Of a DNA stretch of 64,000 nt, positions 27,958 through 38,069 are shown piece by piece. This DNA comes from a virus. The notes beneath the pieces were generated by a model. The model made no database searches, was not told where the DNA came from, and was given only the letters and a program-made list of their open reading frames with translations. Every line of letters begins with the position of its first letter. The first letter of the stretch is position 1. Position numbers and translations under genes: made by a program. The DNA is taken from the IMG/VR virus record IMGVR_UViG_3300030107_002709, positions 68,964 through 132,963 of that record; one strand, written 5' to 3'.

Positions 27958-30900
27958 TAGAAGGATGCTACTGCTCTTATATCTTGTAGTTTAGGTACGT
28001 ATGCTGGATTATCAGAATTCATAACAACCTTAACTGCAAAGGAAGTAAACTCAGGTAAGTTAGAGATACTAAATGGAATCTCCTGATATGAATCTTGCTT
28101 CTCAAAGAGACCAGATATTTCATTCTCTGGAGTAGGAGCTAATTCAATATCAGCCTTACCATCTTCATTAAAGAACTTCCATTCAATATCATCAAAATTA
28201 ACTTCGCTTGATTCTTCCTTAATCTTATAAAGAACTTTAATATCATCAATATTTCTTAAGTTAGTAGTAATCTTAACATCTATTGATGTACCTGGATTCT
28301 CTATAGCAATTTCCTTGGTAACATACTTAGCAATACCAGAAGTATTCTTAGAGGAATCTTCAGAAACATGTCCTACACCATTTTGCAATGTTGCAGTTTT
28401 TACTTCCCACCAAGTTTCAGTATTAGCTTCTTGACCAACAAAACTAAGTAGATCAGTAACCCTGAATATATCATTCTGTTGATCTGTTGGATCCTTCTTC
28501 CTTTCATAAGGTGAAAGTGCTGTTACTTTAGAAGTAAAGTCATCATTGATAGGTTGTTTATTATTAAACAATACTAGTTCTTGAGTCTTAGCATCCCATT
28601 CAACAACTGTACCACTAATCTTATCTAGATATAGATCATCAGTAGTATCTGAAGTTGTTGTTTGCTGTTCGTTATATCGATTAACAGTTGTACCTACAGT
28701 AAATGTAGGTGTTTTAAGACTGGATCCAGCATCTGTAATTGTAGTTACAGTATTCAAAGATGCATCAGCTCCAAATGTTAGAGTCTCTCTTGCTTTAAAG
28801 GATCCTTCATTAGTTATCTGAACAGTCATTGTACTTGTACCACTATCCCAACCTATAATAGTACCAGCACCACCAGCAATATCAGCAACCTCTGATGTAG
28901 CAGCTACAGTTGTACTATTGATAGACTGAGGAACTGTTATAGCAGCACCACTATGACCTGTTATAGCAAATGTAACAATTGGATAAAGCTTTATAATTTG
29001 ATTCTGTCTACCATATCTACTCTCACTTCCAGTAGGATTCTCGATTCTATTAGATATAGTCTTAACAGAACTAGTTCTAAGATCGATAATAGGAGATAGT
29101 GTTGATTGAGTAGATGAAAGATCTAACTTATAAACTAAAGAATTTGCAATATCATTTCTTAATGCATTAATTCTAGAAGCTAACACCTTCTGGTTTATAA
29201 AGAAATGTTCTTGTTTAATAAATGTCTTCTCATAATCAGATTGAGAATAAGAAACATAATTAACAGGACCGCTATCTACAGGAACTATGTTAGTTGTTTT
29301 AACAGATGATTCTATTTTTGTTTGTGGGAATGAAAGATAACCAATATCAGCATACAATTTCTCAAATTTCTTATTGAGAGAAATTAATCCACCTGATCCA
29401 CCACCAATAGCATTAGAGCTTGCATTAGTTGTAGATACAATATTAAATGAATCAATACCAGAGTTCTCAACTGTGAATAATGTAGTATTCATAGAAGATG
29501 CTGAGATACCACCAGTCTCTTTAAGACCCTTGAAGAATGCAAATGACTTACCACTATCTTCAAATCCGTGATCTCTATGTGTAACTTCAATATACTTATT
29601 ATTTCCTCTAAATCTTTCTAGAGTTGCACTACTACTTGCTTCAGCACTTGTACGTATGGAATTATCATCCATAGTTTCATAACCTATGTTATCATTTGTT
29701 AACATAACACTAGCAGTCCTAGAGATATCAAACTCTGCTCTGTTAAGCTGGAACTTAATATCTTCCTTAAGGTTCTCTGTCCAAGAATCCACGTTCTGTG
29801 ATCTGTAAACAGATCCCAATCCAGGTTGTACTGTAACAGTTCCTGAACCTGCAGGTTCTCCAACTTCAGAAGCCCAGACTTCATAATCAGTAGAATCGGT
29901 CTCGATAACAAAAGCATACTCTGTATCATTCTGCAAATATACAGGATAATCAAATTCAAATTCAGTTGGTACACTACCAGCAACATCAGTTACCAGATTA
30001 GTTGATACACCCATTCTTACAGCAGGTGTATCAATTTTTACAACTCCTTCTACAGCAGCACCAGCATTACCAGAACCAGTTCCAGCAATAACAATAGATG
30101 GAGCACTTGTATACCCAGAACCAGATATAGAAACTTCAGAATTAAATAACTTACCACCAGATATTCCTAATGTTCCAGTCGCAGTAGTACCACCTGGTAA
30201 CTGTGGACTCTCAATAGTCATTGCTGCACTATCATAATTAGATCCAGCACTAATGACCTTAAGATCAACAACTGATCCAGAATCTTTAGCAATAGTAACA
30301 GATATTGAAGTGTTATTTGTATTATTAGCTAGAGTTATTGATGGAGCAATAAGTTGTTCCCCTGATTGGAAAGAATTACCATTGTTATTAGATAAAACTA
30401 ATGTATATACTTGATCTGCTGATACAGGAATCTTATCTGCAGCTCCTGGTAATACTTCAATACCAGTTCTATCAAATATTTTAAATATAGGTCCAGTAGC
30501 ACCTGATATTTGTCCAGTTACAATTTCACCAACCTCAAGAGATGTTTCTTGTGATACATAGAACTTCAACTTTGTTTCAGGTGAAATAGTCTTCTCTGTA
30601 CCAGGAACAATATAACTTCCTGGCTTACCACTTACTGTATTGGTAATATAAGTTCTTACAGGAACCTTAGATGCCTTCTTATTAAAGAAAAGATATAAAC
30701 TAGTAACAAATACACCACCCTCATATCCTTCTATCTTAAATGTTTGTGCTAATGGACTTGGTTTCTTCTGTGTACTTGTATCAAGATCAACAATCTGCTT
30801 ACCTTCATTAGACTTGAGGTATGCAGGTAATGTTGAAACAATACTACCAGGATTAGAAGGTAGTATTCCAGTAGGATAGTATTTAACTTCAGTATATGTT

Positions 30901-33900
30901 TCTACAGTGTCTTTATTACTATCTGTAGAGCTCGAAGTAAATCTAATTGTTTTCTCACCAGTTGTGAATTGTAACTGTTCAGAAGTGGTATCGTAACTTG
31001 TATTGTAGATATAGTTATTCCAAGTAGTTCCTTGTGTTGGGGCATAACCATTAGGTATTATAATAAGACCACTAGCATTACCACCATCATCTGTGATAAT
31101 ATCAGATCCAAATGTTGATAATGAATTACCAGGAATTCCTGTAAATCTTAGATCGGGAGTAGTCCATCTACTAACACTCCTACCCTCTATGAAAGGATAG
31201 ATCTTTGTATTAGGCTTCATCCTACGAACAGTAAACTTAACTGCTTTAGATCTAGCAAATTGTTGTAATGAAGTAGCAACAGCAGTTTCACCAACTAACT
31301 TTGTATTAATTCCTTTACCAGTCTCATTATTCTGTGGACTGATATTAGAAGAACTTGCTACATTAGCAATCTTAACTGTGGATGCTACTTGATCAGAATT
31401 GATATCAGAAAGAGGTCCAATATTAAAGAAGTTCTGATTTGATCCAACCCAGTTTACCGAATAAGAATTATACAAGCTTGAATATGCATCACGTACATTA
31501 TTCTTAGCAAGGAATATAGTATAAAGTGATGTGTTGTTATCAGATATTAAAGGAGCATCTGTATTCTCATACCATGAATCTACAGGTGTATCGAGAGATG
31601 CATCACCAACATATTGAATAACAACAAATGGGTTTGGATTGATAGTCTTTGTAGCAAAGCTATTATCTAATAACGATAGATTAGAATATGGAAGAGTAAT
31701 AACATCACTAGATCTCCTATATCCAGCAACTACTCTTTCATCTTCTTTTGTATTAACTTCGATTAAATCAAATGAATCTTCCTTAGACTGTGCTCTCAAT
31801 ACAGATTGTTTCGTATCAATTGAACACTTATAATCATTAGACTTAAGGTTACCTACCTTATGAGTCTCGAAGTTATCTACAACAAATCCACTCTTGAATC
31901 TTTCAAGTCCTACTTCATCCTTGATCTGCATATTTAATGCTTGCTGCTCAAGAACACTGAGGAGTGTATAGTACTCTAACCTTTCAACACGCTTCTCTAA
32001 CTTACCAATATCACGCATTGTATAACGCTTGTTATCAACAGGGATAACACGAACATCATTACTTGTTGTGGTATATGCAGGTATGTAAAGATAAGTTAAA
32101 GGTATAGCATCATCGATACCCTCTGGTCTTGATGGGTTAAGTGAAGAGTTACCTTCCTTGACTATAAATTCACCTTTCTTAGTCAAGAAGATACCATCAA
32201 TTCTATCAAGATATTGATTTTGATAGAATGATATAGTATAAGGAAGATTTGAATCTGATGCTGGACAACTAGAAACAACACCACCACTACCATTAAACTG
32301 GTTGAAAGAAGACTCTGTATAAATCGACTTATCTTGGAAACCAGTGATAGTAGATTCAGTATCAACTTTTGGTCTAAAGTCAATAACATCTCTGAGGTTT
32401 GTTATACCATATACAGATGAGTTAAATGTAGGAATATCATCAGCAGAAACACCTGCTTCATGTACATAAGAATCAACCACACAGAAATCACCCTGTGAAT
32501 GATCGAAATAATCAAATGATGCTAATAACTGACCAGTAGGTAAATCAAAACCAGGTTTAATAACAATACGAGATACATCATATAAAGTATCACGTTGACC
32601 ATCATCAAATGTGAATCTATTAGTTACATCAGTACCGCTAATTAAATTACCAGCAGTATCTACATTTGGAGGTGCAGTTGAAGAACCTTCATAAACATAA
32701 TTGAGTTTAACAACATCAGAATATGATACTGCATTAATTTCAGTTGCATTAATATCCTGTCCTCTCAAAGGAAGAACTCTATCTCCTACAGGTTTAATAA
32801 CAATCTGTTTGTTTTTAACAATAGTCTTCAACCTAGGTCTAGACTTAGTAATTTCTAATGTTGCTGTAAGCTTAAGAGTAGGGAAGACACCAGCACCTGT
32901 TACTTCACCAAAATAATTCGTAGGAAGTGTTATACTAACACTACCAGCAGTTAGTCCAGTAGCAGTATCAGTAGAAGTTGCAACATCTACAGCAGAAGCT
33001 GGAACGTATACAATATCTCCAGTTTCTACAGCAGTTGCATTTCCTTTCTTAAGAACAGTAAGAATAAAATTATTTTCTCTAAACTCTACAAATTTCTGTG
33101 TACCAAATTCCAACTGTGCCTTGAATGTTACTTTTCCACCAGTGGAAGATGAATCCAATACAAAATCTTTTCTTTGGTAGTACTTAATAGCAGTATCATC
33201 AACATTCTTAACTAGTGATTTAATCTGCTTACTACCAGTTGGGAATATTAGAGTAGATCTAGATCCATTTTCAATCTTTGGTCTTACTCTTAGTACAGTT
33301 GTACTACTTATAGTAGAAGGAAGTAAGGAATCTAAGTATATTCTTGATTTCTTAGTTCCTTGTGGTGAAGTTGCTTGCTGTACTATTGCCTGAATAAGGT
33401 TGTTGTTTGCATCACTAAACTGAACCAAATCTCCTTGTACAAGACTCTTCGATGCATCACCACCAAAACCTGTACACTCAATATACTGGTTGCCCTCTAC
33501 ACCACTAAAACTAAAGTCAGTTATAGTAGTACTAGTAACATACTTCTCTCTAAACAACTCAACATCACTAGTGAATAGATTAGGTGCTAAAGCTCCTTCA
33601 GGTGCTACACCAAACCTACACCACATAGATTTAACATTCTGTGGTGTGTATGTTTGTACAACATTCTTAAACAATACAGCACGTACTATTGCTTCATTAC
33701 CAGCAACAAAACTAGTAGAAGTAGTTTTAACCACTACTGCTGGAGGTGATGAGTAGACATTAGATAATGCATCTCTATTTTTAATAGTCGCTGCAGCATA
33801 ACCATCTGCAGAATCTATAGTGGAAGTTATAACAGATGTATCATATGATACACCATCTACAATTAAAGTCTCTAATGCACCATAGTTATTTCCTCTATGA

Positions 33901-36176
33901 TCCACAACAAAATGAGATATAGTATTCTCTCTAGCAATTCTTAGAGAATTTCCTTTCTCATCAAATATAGTTTCTCCCTGAACAAACTCTCCATTAAGAA
34001 CCTTACAATAGATTCTATTACCAGAAGATAGAAGACCGTTTGGTGATCCTTCTATTACTCCATAAGCACCACTCTTACTACCAGTAATATACGTACCAGC
34101 TTTGAATGGAGTGTTATCTGGTGAAGGAATAGGTATATCACTATCTACAGTTATCTTGGTTAAGAAAGTTGGATTGAAATACGACATCTTGAAAGTCGTA
34201 TTATATTTGCTTGTTCCAGCAATTCTTCCTTTAGAAAGAATAGTATCAGAATCTGGATTAAATCCAACACCTCTTTCTTGTAAATGGAAATCCTTAGGCT
34301 TAGCAAGACCAATTGTAGGAACAATCATCTCACTATAAGAAACTATGTAACCAAATACATCAGTTGAAGTAGATTGTTCTGCTCCATTTTCTGAGAAATA
34401 AAGTCTAGTTCTATTATCAGTACCACTATCAACAGTAGTGAAATCTCTCAAATGTGTATCAACAATATCTCTTGGTCCGATAAAAGTGAATTCAACATAA
34501 GAAGCACTTCCTTTAAAAGAAGATGGGAAGTCTGCATTAGAACCACTAAATTTGGAATAAGCAAGAGTTGTAAGTTCTACTGCTTCATTAGCATTACCAG
34601 AACCACCTTTTCTTACCCAAAAACTTCCATGTGATGATTCCCATGAAGTTGGTTTAATTTCGCTAAATGTCGTACCAGCCGCAGTTGATGTAATATTAAT
34701 AAGTACAGTTTTAATTGCTACATCAGCATCAGATGTAAATGCTCTTCTATTACGAGTTTGTTTATGTGAAGCTATTACCTTACCATCAGTTTTATCTTCT
34801 GTACTATTAAGACCTAATGATCCATCACCAAATGTACTATTGAGATATAGTGTTGGGTATGCTGTTAACTCAGCATCAAATGAATTTAAAGGAACTGAAT
34901 TATAAGTATTAGTTAGATAGAAGCTTGCAAGACCACTATGCTTAAGAGTTATATTATCTCTCTCAAGTGATTCTCTTGATTTGTTAACAGTTAGATACTT
35001 ACTCTCTTTATTAACAATCTCATATCCCTTAATGTATGCTTTACCAACTCCTACTGCTGCAATCATCTTTTGAGATGCTTCAGTGAGAGTTAAACCATTA
35101 ACCGTTCCATCAACACCTACACCATAAAGACCTTTGTTACCGTCTTTCTGGTAATACTCTCTTAATTCTGTTGGGAATGATTCAACAACATAATCACCAG
35201 ACTCATCATATGTTCTTCTAGCTAGAGTCTCTTCAATTACATTGTATTCTGCTTGTTTTACCTTCTTCTGTACAGATCCCTTCTTAACAGTTAGAAGTTG
35301 TATGAAATTGCTGTCTGTAGAAGCATTATAATCATACTTAGCTAATCCTAGAGTGATTGATAAACGATGAGCACCAGGAGCACTAAAGTTTGCAAATCCT
35401 CTTGCTTGATCATAGAGTGTTGAATCCTCTTCAGGAGTGATTAAAGACTCTGTGATTTTAAATCCAACCTTAGCAGATGGTATATCAATATATGGTTCTA
35501 GAATGATAAGATCAGAATCATTACGAACAAAATGACCATTAACAAAATAGATACCTTCTTCTACTTGTACAGCAGAAGCAAAACCCATTGCTGGACTGGT
35601 GATAGAAGTCTCTACATCAGTATCAGGATCCTTTAAAGTAATAGAAGTAGGTAGAACACTTCCATCAGTTCCAACTACCATAAGTGGAGTATTTACTCCA
35701 TCAATAACTTCTAGAGTCTCACCTTGTCTAAAAGTAGACTCATTGTTAGAATTACCACTGCTAGTATAGTTCACATATAGTGTGTCTGCAGTTGTAGTGG
35801 TACTATATCTAGTGGATACAACTGTACCAGTAACGCCAGATGTGATGCCTTTTAACGTCTGACCTACTAGTTGCTTAATATCATATTTTTTGAAGACAAT
35901 ATTACCTCCCTCTGATACTGCAACTTCAGTAACAGAAGAAAGTTTAACGTAATCTAGTTTATTGTTTAATCCTACTTCACCAGGAATAACTAGATCACCT
36001 TGTTTAAATTGTTTACGTCCAATAGATTCAATCTGATTTTGGAGTACAGATTGAAGTTGAGTTAGTTCTCTCGCTTGTATTGAATATCCAGGTCGAAAAA
36101 GAAGTCGATAAAAATTCTTAGACGCACTGTAGTCATCATAGTATGGACTTACATTTAGATTCGTCTTTTGTGGCAT
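27957..36176 (-). CDS. VrlC-like / DUF4815 large baseplate-associated protein (2739 aa)
   Basis: NLNVSPYYDD...LFRPG..IQARELTQLQS, APGAHRL, LARRTYDESGDY and RYTMRDIGKLEKRV motifs. Confidence 0.88.
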   Translation of the reverse strand: MPQKTNLNVSPYYDDYSASKNFYRLLFRPGYSIQARELTQLQSVLQNQIESIGRKQFKQGDLVIPGEVGLNNKLDYVKLSSVTEVAVSEGGNIVFKKYDIKQLVGQTLKGITSGVTGTVVSTRYSTTTTADTLYVNYTSSGNSNNESTFRQGETLEVIDGVNTPLMVVGTDGSVLPTSITLKDPDTDVETSITSPAMGFASAVQVEEGIYFVNGHFVRNDSDLIILEPYIDIPSAKVGFKITESLITPEEDSTLYDQARGFANFSAPGAHRLSITLGLAKYDYNASTDSNFIQLLTVKKGSVQKKVKQAEYNVIEETLARRTYDESGDYVVESFPTELREYYQKDGNKGLYGVGVDGTVNGLTLTEASQKMIAAVGVGKAYIKGYEIVNKESKYLTVNKSRESLERDNITLKHSGLASFYLTNTYNSVPLNSFDAELTAYPTLYLNSTFGDGSLGLNSTEDKTDGKVIASHKQTRNRRAFTSDADVAIKTVLINITSTAAGTTFSEIKPTSWESSHGSFWVRKGGSGNANEAVELTTLAYSKFSGSNADFPSSFKGSASYVEFTFIGPRDIVDTHLRDFTTVDSGTDNRTRLYFSENGAEQSTSTDVFGYIVSYSEMIVPTIGLAKPKDFHLQERGVGFNPDSDTILSKGRIAGTSKYNTTFKMSYFNPTFLTKITVDSDIPIPSPDNTPFKAGTYITGSKSGAYGVIEGSPNGLLSSGNRIYCKVLNGEFVQGETIFDEKGNSLRIARENTISHFVVDHRGNNYGALETLIVDGVSYDTSVITSTIDSADGYAAATIKNRDALSNVYSSPPAVVVKTTSTSFVAGNEAIVRAVLFKNVVQTYTPQNVKSMWCRFGVAPEGALAPNLFTSDVELFREKYVTSTTITDFSFSGVEGNQYIECTGFGGDASKSLVQGDLVQFSDANNNLIQAIVQQATSPQGTKKSRIYLDSLLPSTISSTTVLRVRPKIENGSRSTLIFPTGSKQIKSLVKNVDDTAIKYYQRKDFVLDSSSTGGKVTFKAQLEFGTQKFVEFRENNFILTVLKKGNATAVETGDIVYVPASAVDVATSTDTATGLTAGSVSITLPTNYFGEVTGAGVFPTLKLTATLEITKSRPRLKTIVKNKQIVIKPVGDRVLPLRGQDINATEINAVSYSDVVKLNYVYEGSSTAPPNVDTAGNLISGTDVTNRFTFDDGQRDTLYDVSRIVIKPGFDLPTGQLLASFDYFDHSQGDFCVVDSYVHEAGVSADDIPTFNSSVYGITNLRDVIDFRPKVDTESTITGFQDKSIYTESSFNQFNGSGGVVSSCPASDSNLPYTISFYQNQYLDRIDGIFLTKKGEFIVKEGNSSLNPSRPEGIDDAIPLTYLYIPAYTTTSNDVRVIPVDNKRYTMRDIGKLEKRVERLEYYTLLSVLEQQALNMQIKDEVGLERFKSGFVVDNFETHKVGNLKSNDYKCSIDTKQSVLRAQSKEDSFDLIEVNTKEDERVVAGYRRSSDVITLPYSNLSLLDNSFATKTINPNPFVVIQYVGDASLDTPVDSWYENTDAPLISDNNTSLYTIFLAKNNVRDAYSSLYNSYSVNWVGSNQNFFNIGPLSDINSDQVASTVKIANVASSSNISPQNNETGKGINTKLVGETAVATSLQQFARSKAVKFTVRRMKPNTKIYPFIEGRSVSRWTTPDLRFTGIPGNSLSTFGSDIITDDGGNASGLIIIPNGYAPTQGTTWNNYIYNTSYDTTSEQLQFTTGEKTIRFTSSSTDSNKDTVETYTEVKYYPTGILPSNPGSIVSTLPAYLKSNEGKQIVDLDTSTQKKPSPLAQTFKIEGYEGGVFVTSLYLFFNKKASKVPVRTYITNTVSGKPGSYIVPGTEKTISPETKLKFYVSQETSLEVGEIVTGQISGATGPIFKIFDRTGIEVLPGAADKIPVSADQVYTLVLSNNNGNSFQSGEQLIAPSITLANNTNNTSISVTIAKDSGSVVDLKVISAGSNYDSAAMTIESPQLPGGTTATGTLGISGGKLFNSEVSISGSGYTSAPSIVIAGTGSGNAGAAVEGVVKIDTPAVRMGVSTNLVTDVAGSVPTEFEFDYPVYLQNDTEYAFVIETDSTDYEVWASEVGEPAGSGTVTVQPGLGSVYRSQNVDSWTENLKEDIKFQLNRAEFDISRTASVMLTNDNIGYETMDDNSIRTSAEASSSATLERFRGNNKYIEVTHRDHGFEDSGKSFAFFKGLKETGGISASSMNTTLFTVENSGIDSFNIVSTTNASSNAIGGGSGGLISLNKKFEKLYADIGYLSFPQTKIESSVKTTNIVPVDSGPVNYVSYSQSDYEKTFIKQEHFFINQKVLASRINALRNDIANSLVYKLDLSSTQSTLSPIIDLRTSSVKTISNRIENPTGSESRYGRQNQIIKLYPIVTFAITGHSGAAITVPQSINSTTVAATSEVADIAGGAGTIIGWDSGTSTMTVQITNEGSFKARETLTFGADASLNTVTTITDAGSSLKTPTFTVGTTVNRYNEQQTTTSDTTDDLYLDKISGTVVEWDAKTQELVLFNNKQPINDDFTSKVTALSPYERKKDPTDQQNDIFRVTDLLSFVGQEANTETWWEVKTATLQNGVGHVSEDSSKNTSGIAKYVTKEIAIENPGTSIDVKITTNLRNIDDIKVLYKIKEESSEVNFDDIEWKFFNEDGKADIELAPTPENEISGLFEKQDSYQEIPFSISNLPEFTSFAVKVVMNSDNPAYVPKLQDIRAVASF

Positions 36177-36201
36177 CGTAAACCAAAGCTAACATGGAAG
36201 A

Positions 36202-38019
36202 TTAGAATTCGATTACTAGCTTGATGTCCTCTATTTGGTCAGCAGCTCTAGTAATCAGTCTCCTGTTCTCTATGTATACGAGTTCTCCAGAGTTATTCTT
36301 GATCTCTGGATTCGCCAAACCACTTGCAAATGTTACGCCTTCGGTAGTTGATGAGTATGTGCTATCAGGGTTAACTGATACAGAAGTACCACCATCAACG
36401 ATAGCAGAACTTGAATTGTTTTCAAATGCTCTTACTACTCCATTATCAGTATGTGCTTTAGGTGATTGGAAGTACTTAAGAATACCACCATTACCATTAC
36501 CATCTGCAGTCCAAGAAACAACTGTTCCTTTAGCAGTTCCAGCACCACCATTTAAAGTTTGTGTGATTGTATTATCTTTTCCGAAAGAAGAACTAGTAAG
36601 ACCAGTTCCATTAACTCTTACGGCGTATACACCAGAAAGGGTGTTTGCAGTAGCAAAGTTTGTTGATCCCCACTGCAGTGGATCTTTAATAAGTCCGATT
36701 CTACGGAAGTCATTATCAACTGGGAAGTCTCCAGATCCTTCTGCATAGGTCAAACGGACGTTAACCATAACACGCTTGCCGTTAAGCTCCTGTGCAAGAT
36801 TAGCACCATGACCACCTGCAGGTGGAATGATAACTTCAAGAGCACCACGAGCAGTGGCATTAATGTTCTCAGCAGTACTTAAAGTATCATCAGAGAATAG
36901 ACCATAAGCATTTCCACCAGCACCAGTACCTGTACCAGACTTAAGTGCAACACTACCATAAGTATAACCTGTACCTGGAGTCTGAACTTCAACAGCACTT
37001 ACAGCACCAGTATTATCAGTGGTAACCTTAGCAACACCATCTGCTCCATCTCCTAAGATAGGAGCATATAGAGTAGCACCAGTAGGAAGAGCAGATCCAG
37101 CATCTGAAATTAAGATGGTATCAATAGCACCATCTACAGCAGCAGGTCCAGCATATGTGCCGATAGGCATGAAGTCACTGGATAGGAAATCCATGACCTG
37201 TTGTGTGGTCATTGTATAAAGATACTTCCAACGATAATCGTCAGTAGGACCAGTATATACACCAGAAGCATAGTTATTTGCTGTAGTAGGCATATCAGAT
37301 GCTAAACCACCACCAGCAGTTATATCTTCCTTATTGTAAATACACTTGAATACTTCATAGTTATTGTTCATAACATAGAACTTAGAAGCTCCTAATGAAG
37401 TTGCTCCTGTAGCAGCAGCCTTTGCAGTACCACCTGAAGCAGGTGCAGCACTGTAGTCAGGCTTGTACATATCAAACTTAGGGTTGGTAACTGTGTTCCA
37501 GTTATAACGTGAAACTACAGAAACAACATTGGATGACTCTACCCTTTTAGCAGCAATGAGCTCGTCATAGATACTCTGCTTTTCTTCTTGGTTGTCTAAA
37601 GGAGCAGGTGCATTCGTTTCATCGGCAATACGATACACACCACCTTTAGCTTCAGCACCAGTATCAGAACCACCTGTATATCCCTTAATTACGTTACCAG
37701 CAGTCGGTGTACCAGCAGCAGGGGAAGGAGAATAAACAAGAATTGAATTAGGATTTACCTTGCGGATAGTTGCTTTCCATGTTGTAGATCCATATGCAGT
37801 AGCACCAGCAGCACCAGCATCATACACTTCTTCACCGACATTAAATGCAGTAGCATTAGGATCATAGATCTCTAGATACGAATCCCATTGATCCGAACGA
37901 CCAACGAAGAAATACATTCGTGCACGATCCGCACTAGTATCGTTTGCACCTTCCGTAAGGGATTCTAGAAATTGTTGTGCATTAAAAATGCGAAACTTTT
38001 CTGATATGATTGCCGACAT
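36202..38019 (-). CDS. gp8: Baseplate wedge subunit (T4 gp8-like)
   Basis: SAIISEKFRIFNA, FYVMN...VFKC, WKYLYT and RAADQIEDIKLVIEF motifs. Confidence 0.9.
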   Translation of the reverse strand: MSAIISEKFRIFNAQQFLESLTEGANDTSADRARMYFFVGRSDQWDSYLEIYDPNATAFNVGEEVYDAGAAGATAYGSTTWKATIRKVNPNSILVYSPSPAAGTPTAGNVIKGYTGGSDTGAEAKGGVYRIADETNAPAPLDNQEEKQSIYDELIAAKRVESSNVVSVVSRYNWNTVTNPKFDMYKPDYSAAPASGGTAKAAATGATSLGASKFYVMNNNYEVFKCIYNKEDITAGGGLASDMPTTANNYASGVYTGPTDDYRWKYLYTMTTQQVMDFLSSDFMPIGTYAGPAAVDGAIDTILISDAGSALPTGATLYAPILGDGADGVAKVTTDNTGAVSAVEVQTPGTGYTYGSVALKSGTGTGAGGNAYGLFSDDTLSTAENINATARGALEVIIPPAGGHGANLAQELNGKRVMVNVRLTYAEGSGDFPVDNDFRRIGLIKDPLQWGSTNFATANTLSGVYAVRVNGTGLTSSSFGKDNTITQTLNGGAGTAKGTVVSWTADGNGNGGILKYFQSPKAHTDNGVVRAFENNSSSAIVDGGTSVSVNPDSTYSSTTEGVTFASGLANPEIKNNSGELVYIENRRLITRAADQIEDIKLVIEF

Positions 38020-38060
38020 AATTGAAAATTGGGTAGTTTTGTACTACAGGATATCCGAGT

Positions 38061-38068
38061 TATTTATA
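38061..38068 (-). promoter_or_regulatory. T4 late promoter TATAAATA
   Basis: Perfect consensus upstream of gp8. Confidence 0.75.
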
Positions 38069-38069
38069 T